A stretch of 59,977 bases of DNA from a virus (taxonomy: Duplodnaviria > Caudoviricetes). How positions within the stretch are numbered: position 1 is the first letter of the stretch; each line of letters opens with the position of its first letter. Below are positions 8,919-17,826 of the stretch, piece by piece. Below the pieces are notes generated by a model that had not been told where the DNA came from, did not search any database, and saw only the letters and a program-made list of their open reading frames with translations. The DNA lies in IMG/VR virus record IMGVR_UViG_3300027848_000024, positions 1 to 59,977 of that record. One strand, 5' to 3'. Position numbers and translations under genes: made by a program.

Positions 8919-9614
8919 ATGTACCAGATCAAACACATTCTCACTGAGGCGGTCCTGTTCGAGGCCGATACCGATGACCTGCGCCGATGCGTGATGCTTG
9001 CAGTCGAAAGCGGCGCCGATCTGCGCTTTGCCTACCTGAGCGATGCCTACCTGCGCGCCGCCGACATGCGCTGTGCCAACCTTTCGCGCGCCAACCTTTC
9101 GCGCGCCAACCTGATCTGTGCCGACCTGAGTGGGGCCAACCTGATCTGTGCCGACCTGATCGGCGCCTACCTGAGCGATGCCTACCTGCGCGCCGCCAAC
9201 CTGATCTGTGCCAACCTGATCTGTGCCGACCTGAGTGGTGCCAACCTGATCTGTGCCGACCTGAATGGTGCCCACCTGAGCGATGCCAACCTTTCGCGCG
9301 CCGACCTGCTCTACGTCGACCTGAGTGGTGCCGACCTGAGTGGTGCCAACCTGATCGGCGCCAACCTGAATGGTGCCAACCTGCACAGTAATTCCATCAT
9401 CGACGCCGGGAAGGACGCTCGCGGCTATCGATTCGTTGCCGTGCAGCACGACACCGGGCCGATGATCGCCGCTGGCTGTCGCTGGTTCACCCTCGACGAA
9501 GCCAAGGTGCATTGGGATGCCGCTCATGCCGACGATCCCATCCTTCGTTCTGAGTGTATCGCCAAGGTCTCACTGATCGAGGCCATCGCCAAAGCGCGCG
9601 GATGGATTGCCTGA
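8919..9614 (+). CDS. pentapeptide repeat protein
   Basis: A(D/N)Lxx repeats with 15-nt periodicity; C-term IAAGCRWFTLDEA..HW. Confidence 0.95.
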   Translation: MYQIKHILTEAVLFEADTDDLRRCVMLAVESGADLRFAYLSDAYLRAADMRCANLSRANLSRANLICADLSGANLICADLIGAYLSDAYLRAANLICANLICADLSGANLICADLNGAHLSDANLSRADLLYVDLSGADLSGANLIGANLNGANLHSNSIIDAGKDARGYRFVAVQHDTGPMIAAGCRWFTLDEAKVHWDAAHADDPILRSECIAKVSLIEAIAKARGWIA

Positions 9615-9781
9615 TCACACACCGGGCATGGCCCGAGAAGGAGAAGCAGATTATGAACCTATTGAAAGCGTGTCGCGACCTGTGATGAACGCGCTGCGTC
9701 GCGTCGAGAATATTGAACTTGCGATCGACGGTCGCGACAACATGTTTGCCCCTGTACGGACCGTTCTGAAAGAGGCGCCCG

Positions 9782-9943
9782 ATGAATGACAAAACCAAAG
9801 AAGTTGAAGTCTTGGTGGACAAGGCAGCGAAATCCAGCGATTCCGCGGACGCCCTGCGTTTCTCGCAAGCGGCGTGCAATGTGGCGATCGCCATGTGCGC
9901 CGCCCGAATTGCGCGGAGCGAGACGGAGAACCCTACACCCTAA
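9782..9943 (+). CDS. small hypothetical protein (not in ORF track)
   Basis: MNDKTKEVEVLVDKAAKSSDSADALRFSQAACN...; followed by hairpin GCGGAACC..GGTTCCGC. Confidence 0.6.
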   Translation: MNDKTKEVEVLVDKAAKSSDSADALRFSQAACNVAIAMCAARIARSETENPTP

Positions 9944-10105
9944 CACCCAGCAAGGCGGAACCTTTCGGGGTTCCGCTCTCTGGATGTCACACTCCGGTCA
10001 CAGTCAAGTTAAACCATAACAGAAAACCATTTAGCGAGAAGGCATGGTCTTTTTGCCGTTATCGTATAATAATGGGCAACTAGGCACTTACAGGGAGCAT
10101 ACGCT

Positions 10106-10321
10106 ATGAGCTTTAATACGGAACCACTGGCACAGTTTTTCAAGTATGACCACCTCCCGCCGCACTTGCAGGAGATCTCCAAGCCGTTCCACGAATTGGC
10201 GGAAACCATGTGCCACGTCATTGCGCGCAACCCTGAGCGCACTGTTATGCTGCGCAAGATGCTGGAAGCCAAGGACTGCGCTGTTCGGGCCACCCTGTAC
10301 ACCTATGTCAGCGGACAATGA
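10106..10321 (+). CDS. small helical-hairpin phage protein (possible Acb2/Tad1-like sponge)
   Basis: FFKYDHLPPHLQEISKPF...PERTVMLRKMLEAKDCAVRA. Confidence 0.7.
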   Translation: MSFNTEPLAQFFKYDHLPPHLQEISKPFHELAETMCHVIARNPERTVMLRKMLEAKDCAVRATLYTYVSGQ

Positions 10322-10334
10322 TTTGAGAAAGAAC

Positions 10335-10412
10335 GGTCCCGTAGCTCAATTGGTTAGTAGCTAACTGCTCATAACAGTTCGGTTGTAGGTTCGAGTCTTA
10401 CCGGGACCACCA
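10335..10412 (+). tRNA. tRNA-CAT (likely Ile2, alternatively elongator Met)
   Basis: GGTCCCG/CGGGACC acceptor, AACTG-CTCATAA-CAGTT anticodon arm, GGTTCGAGT, CCA end. Confidence 0.9.
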
Positions 10413-10435
10413 CTTTCTTCTACAAGAGGTTTACT

Positions 10436-10723
10436 ATGGTTGGCGTTGGTAAATACACAAAAGAAGAAAACCAGAAGTTTATGGCTCTGTGGCGAACAAG
10501 CACGTCCGCGGTCAACATAGCTATTGAACTCGATATAACCGTTGATTCTGTCTACACCAGAGCGGCGCGTCTACGCAAGTTGGGTTACGACATACCGACC
10601 AAGGTAGGCAACAACGAAAAGGATTCCGAGACCAAGCACCGCCGGTGCCTTCGTTGCAATAGAATGTTTCTTAGTAAACATGCGGGCAATAGGCTTTGTG
10701 GCATTGGTCGGTGTAGCGGTTAG
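10436..10723 (+). CDS. GcrA-like HTH plus Zn-finger protein
   Basis: YTKEENQKFMALW...IAIELDIT..SV..RAARL; CLRC...NRLC. Confidence 0.6.
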   Translation: MVGVGKYTKEENQKFMALWRTSTSAVNIAIELDITVDSVYTRAARLRKLGYDIPTKVGNNEKDSETKHRRCLRCNRMFLSKHAGNRLCGIGRCSG

Positions 10724-10939
10724 CCGTCATGGCCTTATTACACAAAGTAAGAAGTAGCGCGGAGAACACATACCGACGCAAGTGGACGGATACCCGCCTA
10801 AATGCTCTTATAAAAGAACTGTACGTTTTGTTTCCCAGTGCCAGTTTTGCCTTACCAGAATTGGTACAGTGGAAAAATGTAGAGCACCTGTAAAAACAAT
10901 ACGAACTAAATCCCAGTAAGAAGAAAGGAAAGAAGGCCC

Positions 10940-11473
10940 ATGGTAAAAGCTCTTCTAAAAAGTAGCGGTGTGTATCTAAGCACTAACACAGTGCGTACCG
11001 CGTGCGATGCTTTCCTAACCGATGTGCTGGCAACACGGTCTAGACAAACCAACGTGCTCTTAGAGAATCTTCGTGGTCCAAGAAGGTTTTGGGTAGGACC
11101 ACGCTTAACGGGGAGCGCGAGGTTGCACTACATTAGAAATCTTCCCACATATAAAGAGGCCAAAGACTACAAAAGTAAAGAATTCCTCAATGTTCTTCAG
11201 TTGAAAGAAATATGCAAGGCAACCCAAATGGCACTGGTATTTGTGTCCTCCTCGGACTATTGGTTAATACGGTACTTCTATCTCATTCCCCGAGATTCCT
11301 CGGAAAGTAATACTGTGCAGGAGGGGTCCCCTCCCGATCGCTTCTGCATAGTTAGGTGCAGAAGTAAAGAGCAAGCTGCTGCTAGCTTTGGCGCTCATGG
11401 CAAAGCAGTACGCCCCCTTACTTCTGCACCGCCTTATTTCTGCACTCACTGGAGTACAAGAAACCATGGCTAA
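10940..11473 (+). CDS. hypothetical protein
   Basis: 177 aa; 3' part overlaps a stem-loop. Confidence 0.55.
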   Translation: MVKALLKSSGVYLSTNTVRTACDAFLTDVLATRSRQTNVLLENLRGPRRFWVGPRLTGSARLHYIRNLPTYKEAKDYKSKEFLNVLQLKEICKATQMALVFVSSSDYWLIRYFYLIPRDSSESNTVQEGSPPDRFCIVRCRSKEQAAASFGAHGKAVRPLTSAPPYFCTHWSTRNHG

Positions 11474-11738
11474 GAAACCTTCCGTCGACGGCGTTCCCAA
11501 GAAGAAGAAGACCCCAGCCTTCACCCCCGTGTCCGACAAGCAGATTGCTTCGGCCTATCTGAGCAAGCTGATGAACGGTATCGATGCAGAGTCCATCGAC
11601 AAGGAAGCTCTGCGGGAGTTGTGTGGCACCAACATCCGGGATTCACGCTGTGACCGCATTGCCGAGCGTATCGTTGAGAGGGCACAGGCGTTGGTCAAGC
11701 CCGTCGACAAGTACCTTGCCGGGTGCGCCAGCAAGTAA
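11466..11738 (+). CDS. hypothetical protein
   Basis: GGAG RBS, MAKKPSVDG start, biased codon usage. Confidence 0.7.
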   Translation: MAKKPSVDGVPKKKKTPAFTPVSDKQIASAYLSKLMNGIDAESIDKEALRELCGTNIRDSRCDRIAERIVERAQALVKPVDKYLAGCASK

Positions 11739-12143
11739 GGCCCCCTGTCGACACAATATGGGGCCGGTTGCCTATACCTAGCGGGGTCACCGGCCCCCCT
11801 CTTTTTCACAAAAGAACCATTACACGTTGGGGCAATTACAGTACGTTGTTTACATTGTTCTTTTTTACTGTGCAGAGGGTTGCTATGACAATGAGTTTTA
11901 ATACCGGGTTCGAACCACTAGACAAGAGCGCGCTTGGTCCAGCGGTAACCCATCGCTTAACAGGCACGCAAGGCCACCTCATCAAAGAGTAAGATGATCT
12001 GCTTCATGTGTGTGTTAGGCGCACTGTGGTTTCTTGGAGTGGTTTCTACGTGCGAGACGTTTGGGCACACCGATTCTGGTGCAAGGAAAACGTTTCCAGC
12101 CTTTGATAGCAACAACCACAAACTAAAAGAATGAGATGTAACT

Positions 12144-12503
12144 ATGGCTAAGATGCGTGGAAGCTCCCGGGTTACAGTTCCCAAAACATCGGAAGACTAC
12201 TGGATTATTCGGGTTAACACGTCTGAGGGAATCGCAGAACCCACATGCTATAGGTACAATAACAGGGATGATTGCTGGTTAGCAATGTCCCCCCGCAACA
12301 AGGATAAGGTGTGGCACGGAGTTGGTTCTGTTTACTCAAACGAATTCAAAGAAGCAAAGGGAGAAGGTTCCTTTGGTGCGCAGTACCTGCACTTGGCGTA
12401 CAGGACCAAAGAAGAAGCTACTACCGTCTACGAAGCCTTGTTGGGACTAGGCAATGTTCTTGCCAACATAAACAGAATCTTTTCCTCGTTTAGGACCAAG
12501 TAG
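12144..12503 (+). CDS. hypothetical protein
   Basis: 119 aa ORF. Confidence 0.65.
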   Translation: MAKMRGSSRVTVPKTSEDYWIIRVNTSEGIAEPTCYRYNNRDDCWLAMSPRNKDKVWHGVGSVYSNEFKEAKGEGSFGAQYLHLAYRTKEEATTVYEALLGLGNVLANINRIFSSFRTK

Positions 12504-12511
12504 TGCTGTTT

Positions 12512-12596
12512 GCCCGCATGGCGGAATTGGTAGACGCAGTGGACTTAAAATCCATTGACACATGTCGTGGGGGTTCGAGTCCCCCTGCGGGTACCA
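12512..12596 (+). tRNA. tRNA-Leu(TAA)
   Basis: GCCCGCA/TGCGGGT acceptor, GGCGGAATTGGTAGACGC D-arm, CT-TAA-AA loop, long variable arm, CCA. Confidence 0.95.
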
Positions 12597-12619
12597 CTAC
12601 AAAGTAACTGGAGAAGAAA

Positions 12620-12799
12620 ATGGACTACGTTCCTTGGATACTAATCCTTTTGTTTTCGGATCCCTCTATGCCAAGGGAGGTATTACTACCTTTCAAAACA
12701 CAGCAGGAGTGCGAGGTTATTCTCGAACACGTTAGGGAAAGCATGGACGAGAAGGCTGGTGAGTATGAATCCGTGTGTTTCCCGGACTTCCGAGAATAG
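12620..12799 (+). CDS. small hypothetical protein (not in ORF track)
   Basis: GGAG RBS; MDYVPWILILLF...FKTQQECE. Confidence 0.6.
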   Translation: MDYVPWILILLFSDPSMPREVLLPFKTQQECEVILEHVRESMDEKAGEYESVCFPDFRE

Positions 12800-12836
12800 A
12801 AACCTTTACCAACTTCTTTTATAAAGGAAAAAAAGA

Positions 12837-13382
12837 ATGACCACAATGTTTTATAAAGATGAACGCACCATGTTGTTCGTGGACGGCGCTAATGTGTCTG
12901 CCTCGGCTAAGGCACTTAGGTGCAGCATGGACTGGAAGAAGGTGCTAACCTACTTCCAAGGCAACTGCCGACTGGTGTCTGCTTACTACTACACCGCCGT
13001 GTTGGATACCGGCGACGAGCACAATGCGCTGGTACCACTACTGGACTGGCTATCTTTCAATGGGTACACCTTGGTTACCCGAGAAGCCAAGCGGTACACC
13101 AATGACGGGGTTGACCGTATCAAAGGCAACATGGACGTAGACATGGCGGTCGGCGTGCTGGAAAGCTGCGCCCATTGCGACCATGTGGTGCTTATGACGG
13201 GCGACGGGGACTTCGTGCCAGTGGTACAAGCTGCACAACGGCGAGGCGTGCGGGTCACCGTTGTAAGTACCGTGGCGACCAACCCTCCCATGGCAAGCGA
13301 CGACCTTCGGCGGGTCGCAAACAACTTCATTGAATTATCCGAAACACGTTTGTTTTTAATGAATGCTTGGGAAGGAGAATAA
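12837..13382 (+). CDS. NYN domain (LabA/DUF88) ribonuclease-like protein
   Basis: FVDGAN, KGNMDVDMAV, TGDGDFVP. Confidence 0.9.
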   Translation: MTTMFYKDERTMLFVDGANVSASAKALRCSMDWKKVLTYFQGNCRLVSAYYYTAVLDTGDEHNALVPLLDWLSFNGYTLVTREAKRYTNDGVDRIKGNMDVDMAVGVLESCAHCDHVVLMTGDGDFVPVVQAAQRRGVRVTVVSTVATNPPMASDDLRRVANNFIELSETRLFLMNAWEGE

Positions 13383-13385
13383 ACC

Positions 13386-13610
13386 ATGAAGATTCGCATT
13401 ATTCCTAGAACTATAGGGGACGTGGTGGTGGGCCTATGTTATTGGGGTCTTCTGGTCATGTTCTTTTACGGGGTCTTCATGTTCGCGTACTGGCAATTGG
13501 ACTTGCTTTCCAACATGGCCATTTGGGGCACTTCTGAGCGGGTGTTGCTCTTGCTTGGCTTAGGGGTGCTGTTGGTGGTAGCTTTTGTTGCTGGCAACGA
13601 ACTGGACTAA
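13386..13610 (+). CDS. small membrane protein
   Basis: two hydrophobic segments. Confidence 0.65.
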   Translation: MKIRIIPRTIGDVVVGLCYWGLLVMFFYGVFMFAYWQLDLLSNMAIWGTSERVLLLLGLGVLLVVAFVAGNELD

Positions 13611-13627
13611 CACAAAGGAACAAAGAT

Positions 13628-13957
13628 ATGTACGTACTGCGGAAAGTCCTTCCCGTAATCTCCAACCCCGGCCACAAGTTGAAACCCCTTGGCAACCACA
13701 TTGTGCTGGAAAGCCATGTGGACTTCCAGTCTATCTGTCCGGTCGATGCACTGGCACGGGACTGGTACGTCCTCGATTCTAAGAAGATTGTGGGAGTGCA
13801 TGTGGATGAGTCCTACCACGTACACGACTACGACATTAACGACCCGGCCAACCGCAAGGAGGCCCTTGCTGCGAAGGAGTCCCCCATTACGGAAGAAGAG
13901 AAGATTGCGGAAGACCTGGAAGAGGAAAAGCCCCGGCGTCGTATCCGCCTTCCCTAA
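13628..13957 (+). CDS. hypothetical protein
   Basis: AAGGA RBS; ends KPRRRIRLP. Confidence 0.65.
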   Translation: MYVLRKVLPVISNPGHKLKPLGNHIVLESHVDFQSICPVDALARDWYVLDSKKIVGVHVDESYHVHDYDINDPANRKEALAAKESPITEEEKIAEDLEEEKPRRRIRLP

Positions 13958-13978
13958 GCAACACAACAGTCACCAGAC

Positions 13979-14242
13979 ATGGCGCTTCCCTTTGGGGGTT
14001 GAATAACTAAAGTAGAACCGACGTGCCCACGGCTGGGCCGCTTTTTTGGGGGCTGTCATTTTGAAGCACGGTACGACCGCGGTGCCGTGTGCGGCGTACA
14101 ACGCGTACATATGGATAACCCCACGGACCTTCAAATTAAAAAGGTACTGGACTCCATGCGCGAGGTAACTTACGTGCATGATATCTGCACAACCTGTGGA
14201 AAGATAGTATCTTTTAATTCCGGCAGAGATAACAAACATTAG
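13979..14242 (+). pseudogene. Cys-rich small phage gene with in-frame TGA at 14000 (or ATA start at 14003)
   Basis: MALPFGG*ITKVEPTCPRLGRFFGGCHFEARYD...YVHDICTTCGKIV. Confidence 0.45.
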
Positions 14243-14253
14243 GAGAAACCGAC

Positions 14254-14631
14254 GTGTCTCGCATAAAACAGGAACCCCTCTTTGCAGAATATACACGCAA
14301 GAGGAATCGCCAACCCCCACTAGAGCCCGCCTACGGAGATGTTGTTCTCCGTGGCGGGTTTTTGCTTAGGCACACCATCAGAAACATACTGAAAGAAATA
14401 AAGTATGTACACGAGTTGGAGATCTCGTGGCGTGTTACGCGAAGTGGTATCTTTCGAAGGGACTACTATGTCAGCGGCACAGAGCAAGCGCTTCTGTGCG
14501 CCGAAGAAGCTACCCAAGTCTCGGGGGGCACCATATATGTACCCTACAAGCGGCGCGGGCGTTTGGTCGACATCCTGCCCGACGAAGAAACAGACGACAA
14601 GGTACACCTGCGCTTTCCTCCTTTTGTTTAA
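14254..14631 (+). CDS. hypothetical protein
   Basis: AGGAG RBS, GTG start. Confidence 0.6.
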   Translation: MSRIKQEPLFAEYTRKRNRQPPLEPAYGDVVLRGGFLLRHTIRNILKEIKYVHELEISWRVTRSGIFRRDYYVSGTEQALLCAEEATQVSGGTIYVPYKRRGRLVDILPDEETDDKVHLRFPPFV

Positions 14632-14666
14632 CTACCACAAAAGCGCACCATACCCTTGTTAAAACT

Positions 14667-14894
14667 ATGGGAAAGAAAGAGATGTTTGGTTGGTTGTTTC
14701 GAGACAAGATCGAAGACACAATTCGCTCGTGGCGTGATGAAGCCATCGAGCGTCAGGAGAAGAATGGCTTCTCTGAGTCACTTTTCAACGAAATATACGA
14801 ACTGGATTCAATTTTAATTGATTACCATTTCTGCAAGATGGTCAGGCGATGTCGCTGGAAGAAACACTGGCAGTGGGTTCTTGCTGAGAATTAA
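14667..14894 (+). CDS. hypothetical protein
   Basis: 3' part of ORF 14427..14894. Confidence 0.55.
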   Translation: MGKKEMFGWLFRDKIEDTIRSWRDEAIERQEKNGFSESLFNEIYELDSILIDYHFCKMVRRCRWKKHWQWVLAEN

Positions 14895-14919
14895 CCAGAA
14901 ACCGAAAAGGCCATTAGTA

Positions 14920-15147
14920 ATGGAAGACCATACGCCCCATGTAACCTACGTAGAAGCGTTTACAATTGGGGCCGTCTTTGCGCTAACTATGTCTTTTATT
15001 GTATGGATTCCCGCGATCTTAGCGGCGGCGCTGGCTGATGAGTCGCTGTATTTGCTAGTCGCACCCGCTATTGCCCTGTTAGGTGGTCTTATGGGTGTTG
15101 TAGATAAAGCCTTTAGCCTGAGCGACAACCCCCACGACGGTTTGTAA
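14920..15147 (+). CDS. small membrane protein
   Basis: two TM segments. Confidence 0.6.
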   Translation: MEDHTPHVTYVEAFTIGAVFALTMSFIVWIPAILAAALADESLYLLVAPAIALLGGLMGVVDKAFSLSDNPHDGL

Positions 15148-15165
15148 AACGAGAAGGTTCACAGG

Positions 15166-15522
15166 ATGTTTGATTTAAAGAGGCCATGCACAAATTGCCC
15201 GTTTAGAAAGGGCAAGGGAGAAGTCTTTTGGTTTGCGCAAGAGCGCCTGGAGGAAATCTTTACTGCCACCGCTTTCCAATGCCACAAGACTGTGTATTAC
15301 GGTAGCGGCGAAGACGGGGAAGAAACACACAGTGCCGGTGATCGTCCGCAGCAATGTGCTGGTGTCATGACCGTCCTTCGTAACGAGAATAAATTAAATG
15401 ACATTATGCAAGTAGGTTCCCGGCTGGGTGCGTTAGACCTGGACGCATTGGACCCAAAGAAAGAAGCTTACCAATCGTTTGAAGAAGTTTTTGTTGCACA
15501 CAAATGCTCCCGCAAGAAGTAA
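15166..15522 (+). CDS. Cys/His Zn-binding phage protein (DUF6283-like)
   Basis: PCTNCPFRK, FQCHKT, QQCAG. Confidence 0.7.
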   Translation: MFDLKRPCTNCPFRKGKGEVFWFAQERLEEIFTATAFQCHKTVYYGSGEDGEETHSAGDRPQQCAGVMTVLRNENKLNDIMQVGSRLGALDLDALDPKKEAYQSFEEVFVAHKCSRKK

Positions 15523-15554
15523 CCTGTTAACCAAGCTAGGATGTGCTTAATGTG

Positions 15555-16603
15555 TCCTTGCACAAAAAACGCCCGCCAGTGCGGTCGGCGACAAAACCGG
15601 GCCGCTGGTACTGCCCCGGTCGCCGACACGACCCCTACGGGCCTTAAAATGCAAGCAAACACACCTTTGCGGGGGGTATAACAACCCTATGACAAATAAT
15701 TGCGGGCGAAGGATTGCACCGGCCCTGTTGCGGGCTTACCTTTGCCCCATGGCGGTTATGGCTAGTGGCCGCCCTGCGCAAGCAGACAAGGAAGTACTGC
15801 CCACGGTTACACTTGGTTCCCGCTTGGGAGCAGATCGTGCAGGATAATGAAAGTGTGGGGCACTTATGCCCATGAGTGTTTCTACTTTGGTTTGTGTGAT
15901 GCACAACCTCCCGCCGGATTCATCACTACTCCCCCGATGACACCGGCACCCAAGGTAGATGTTGTTGGCCCAAACGCACCGAGGCGCGTTAGTGGTACTG
16001 GTCTTAACTATGCGACTTCACGGCGCATCGTGCTCCTCCAAGAGAGACCAGTAGCCCCGCCCGCGGTAGCTAAGACAAGCCAGCAATTCTCCACACTTTC
16101 ATTATCCTGCCCGGTCATCCTCCTAAAACCAGTAGCTAAAACAAATCCACGCTCTGTCGTGCCCCTGACAACGTGGTGCCTACTTAGCCTAAACATCTAC
16201 ATGGTGTTGCTCTTGTTTCTGGCCTATAGAGTTTCTAGCAAGAGCAACACTGGTCACGGATGTAAAACGATGTGGCCTTATTGATGCCAGACAGCCGGGT
16301 GAAACAGATAGCCCGCTGCCACCTACGGGTGGAGGAACCGAGTATGGTGCCCCAAGAAGTGCTTGGGTTGGCTTAAGAGTGGAAAAAGAAGCTCTATTAC
16401 AGGTTTTATCCTGTTAGATGCCTACTTCTCGTAGAAGTGCCAGCATCTATTCCACTTGCCACTACGTGATAAGCTGCGCTAGCGAAGAGAAGCGTAAGCC
16501 CGCCATGTAGGCCAGAAAGGGCATAGCTATATCTACTCTCATATTATAAGATAAATAATGGCTGGTAATAGCCATTTAGAACATACCACGTTAGGGGTAT
16601 GTT
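15555..16603 (+). ncRNA. candidate large structured non-coding RNA (~1 kb)
   Basis: Nested long-range helices (15730-39/16494-503; 15811-20/16334-43; 15839-58/16091-110), many local hairpins, G-U pairs and cUACGg loops on the + strand. Confidence 0.7.
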
Positions 16604-16638
16604 AAGTTACTGTTTAGACTAACAATAAGAGGGGCATA

Positions 16639-16845
16639 GTGGTTATCATGGCAACTACAACAGAGCGGGTAAAATTCCGTTTGTTGCAGACTCCATGCTG
16701 CAACACACAACTTTGTTGGGTTAATCCTAGATTGCCTAATCATTGCCCAGAATGTGGTACCCATATCTACCCCGAAATAAAGAGCTGTGTTACCCACGAA
16801 GACAAGGACGCTTATCTAAAACTGAAAGTGGCCGTTGGGCGATGA
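16639..16845 (+). CDS. small Zn-ribbon protein
   Basis: PCC..LCWVNPRLPNHCPECG. Confidence 0.7.
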   Translation: MVIMATTTERVKFRLLQTPCCNTQLCWVNPRLPNHCPECGTHIYPEIKSCVTHEDKDAYLKLKVAVGR

Positions 16846-17018
16846 AACATTGGCTTTGCATTACCTGCAAACATGCGTGGGACAGTTACAATGAGGAACA
16901 CTGTGCTTGGTGCGCTTCCAATAGAAGACCACGTCTGCTTGAAGATAAGCAGGTTATGCTGGAAGAAGATCAACAACGAATGCTAAGGGCATTGCAGGGG
17001 GGCAACCATGGACACTAA
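16842..17018 (+). CDS. small Zn-ribbon protein
   Basis: ATGA overlap; CITC...CAWC. Confidence 0.6.
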   Translation: MKHWLCITCKHAWDSYNEEHCAWCASNRRPRLLEDKQVMLEEDQQRMLRALQGGNHGH

Positions 17019-17799
17019 ACATCACAACAAACTGCCAGACGATTTTCCCAAGGTGTTGTACGCGGCCTGCTCTTATAAACACCTTATGAATATTTTGGAT
17101 AACAAATTGTTAATTGGCCATCGGTTGCCAGAACGAGTAGAAGGCGTGGGAGAACAAAACAGTCCTTTGCTTCTTATAAGCAAGTACCCTCTGTACTATG
17201 CAAAGAAGTTTATGAGGGCGGGCACATCCTCTTGTCTTGTAGCCATTAGTGCCAAAACGTTGCGGGGTTCTTTTTTCTCTTTTGATCCAACTTCCATGGA
17301 AAAAGCTACACGGGGTTTTGATGGTGTAGAAGACTCGGACAGCCGTAATTTTACTTTGGGGGGCCATCGCCTACAATTCTACAAAGACCAAACAAAACAT
17401 AATCGTGGTTGGGAGCCCGCCCAACTAACTTTGGGCAATTCTGGTTTGTGCCAGTATCACGGTGCCATAGCGCTTTCTTCTTTAAAGCACGTCTACATAG
17501 TTAACTGGTCGGTGGGCGCTTCTCCCATGTTGGTTACTTCTTTATCTACTTTGGCCATGCGCTGCAAGCCAAGCGACCCTCCCGCCGTAGGCACAGGTGA
17601 AACCCCGGAAGAGTACCACCGGGCGTTAAGCGCCGCTTTCCTACATGGCAGGTTTACACGTCTTTCTGAGATGCTTAACGTCCAAGACAATTTGAGCGCT
17701 ATGCCGTGGCTTAAGCAGCTTAGTGCGGACGCTGTCAGTTCCTGCTCCGTACCAGAGTTAATTCGGACAGTGAATAAGACGCGCATAGGCCATCCGTGA
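17008..17799 (+). CDS. hypothetical protein (weak ADP-ribosyltransferase-like N-terminus)
   Basis: LYAACS...L.NILDNKL resembles LYHGT...IL..GL. Confidence 0.6.
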   Translation: MDTKHHNKLPDDFPKVLYAACSYKHLMNILDNKLLIGHRLPERVEGVGEQNSPLLLISKYPLYYAKKFMRAGTSSCLVAISAKTLRGSFFSFDPTSMEKATRGFDGVEDSDSRNFTLGGHRLQFYKDQTKHNRGWEPAQLTLGNSGLCQYHGAIALSSLKHVYIVNWSVGASPMLVTSLSTLAMRCKPSDPPAVGTGETPEEYHRALSAAFLHGRFTRLSEMLNVQDNLSAMPWLKQLSADAVSSCSVPELIRTVNKTRIGHP

Positions 17800-17826
17800 T
17801 CCACCACAACTAGCGGAAGAAAGAAC

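Noticed and set aside
11900-11950. GGGTTCGAACC resembling a tRNA T-arm
   Set aside because: No acceptor stem, D-arm or anticodon arm around it
15847-16284. 145-aa ORF inside the structured region
   Set aside because: No clear RBS, no recognisable motif, and it starts inside the 20-bp helix; better explained as incidental
15555-16603. Group I/II intron, RNase P or tmRNA identity for the structured region
   Set aside because: No interrupted flanking gene, no group II domain V, no GAGGAAAGUCC and no tRNA-like 3' end recognised
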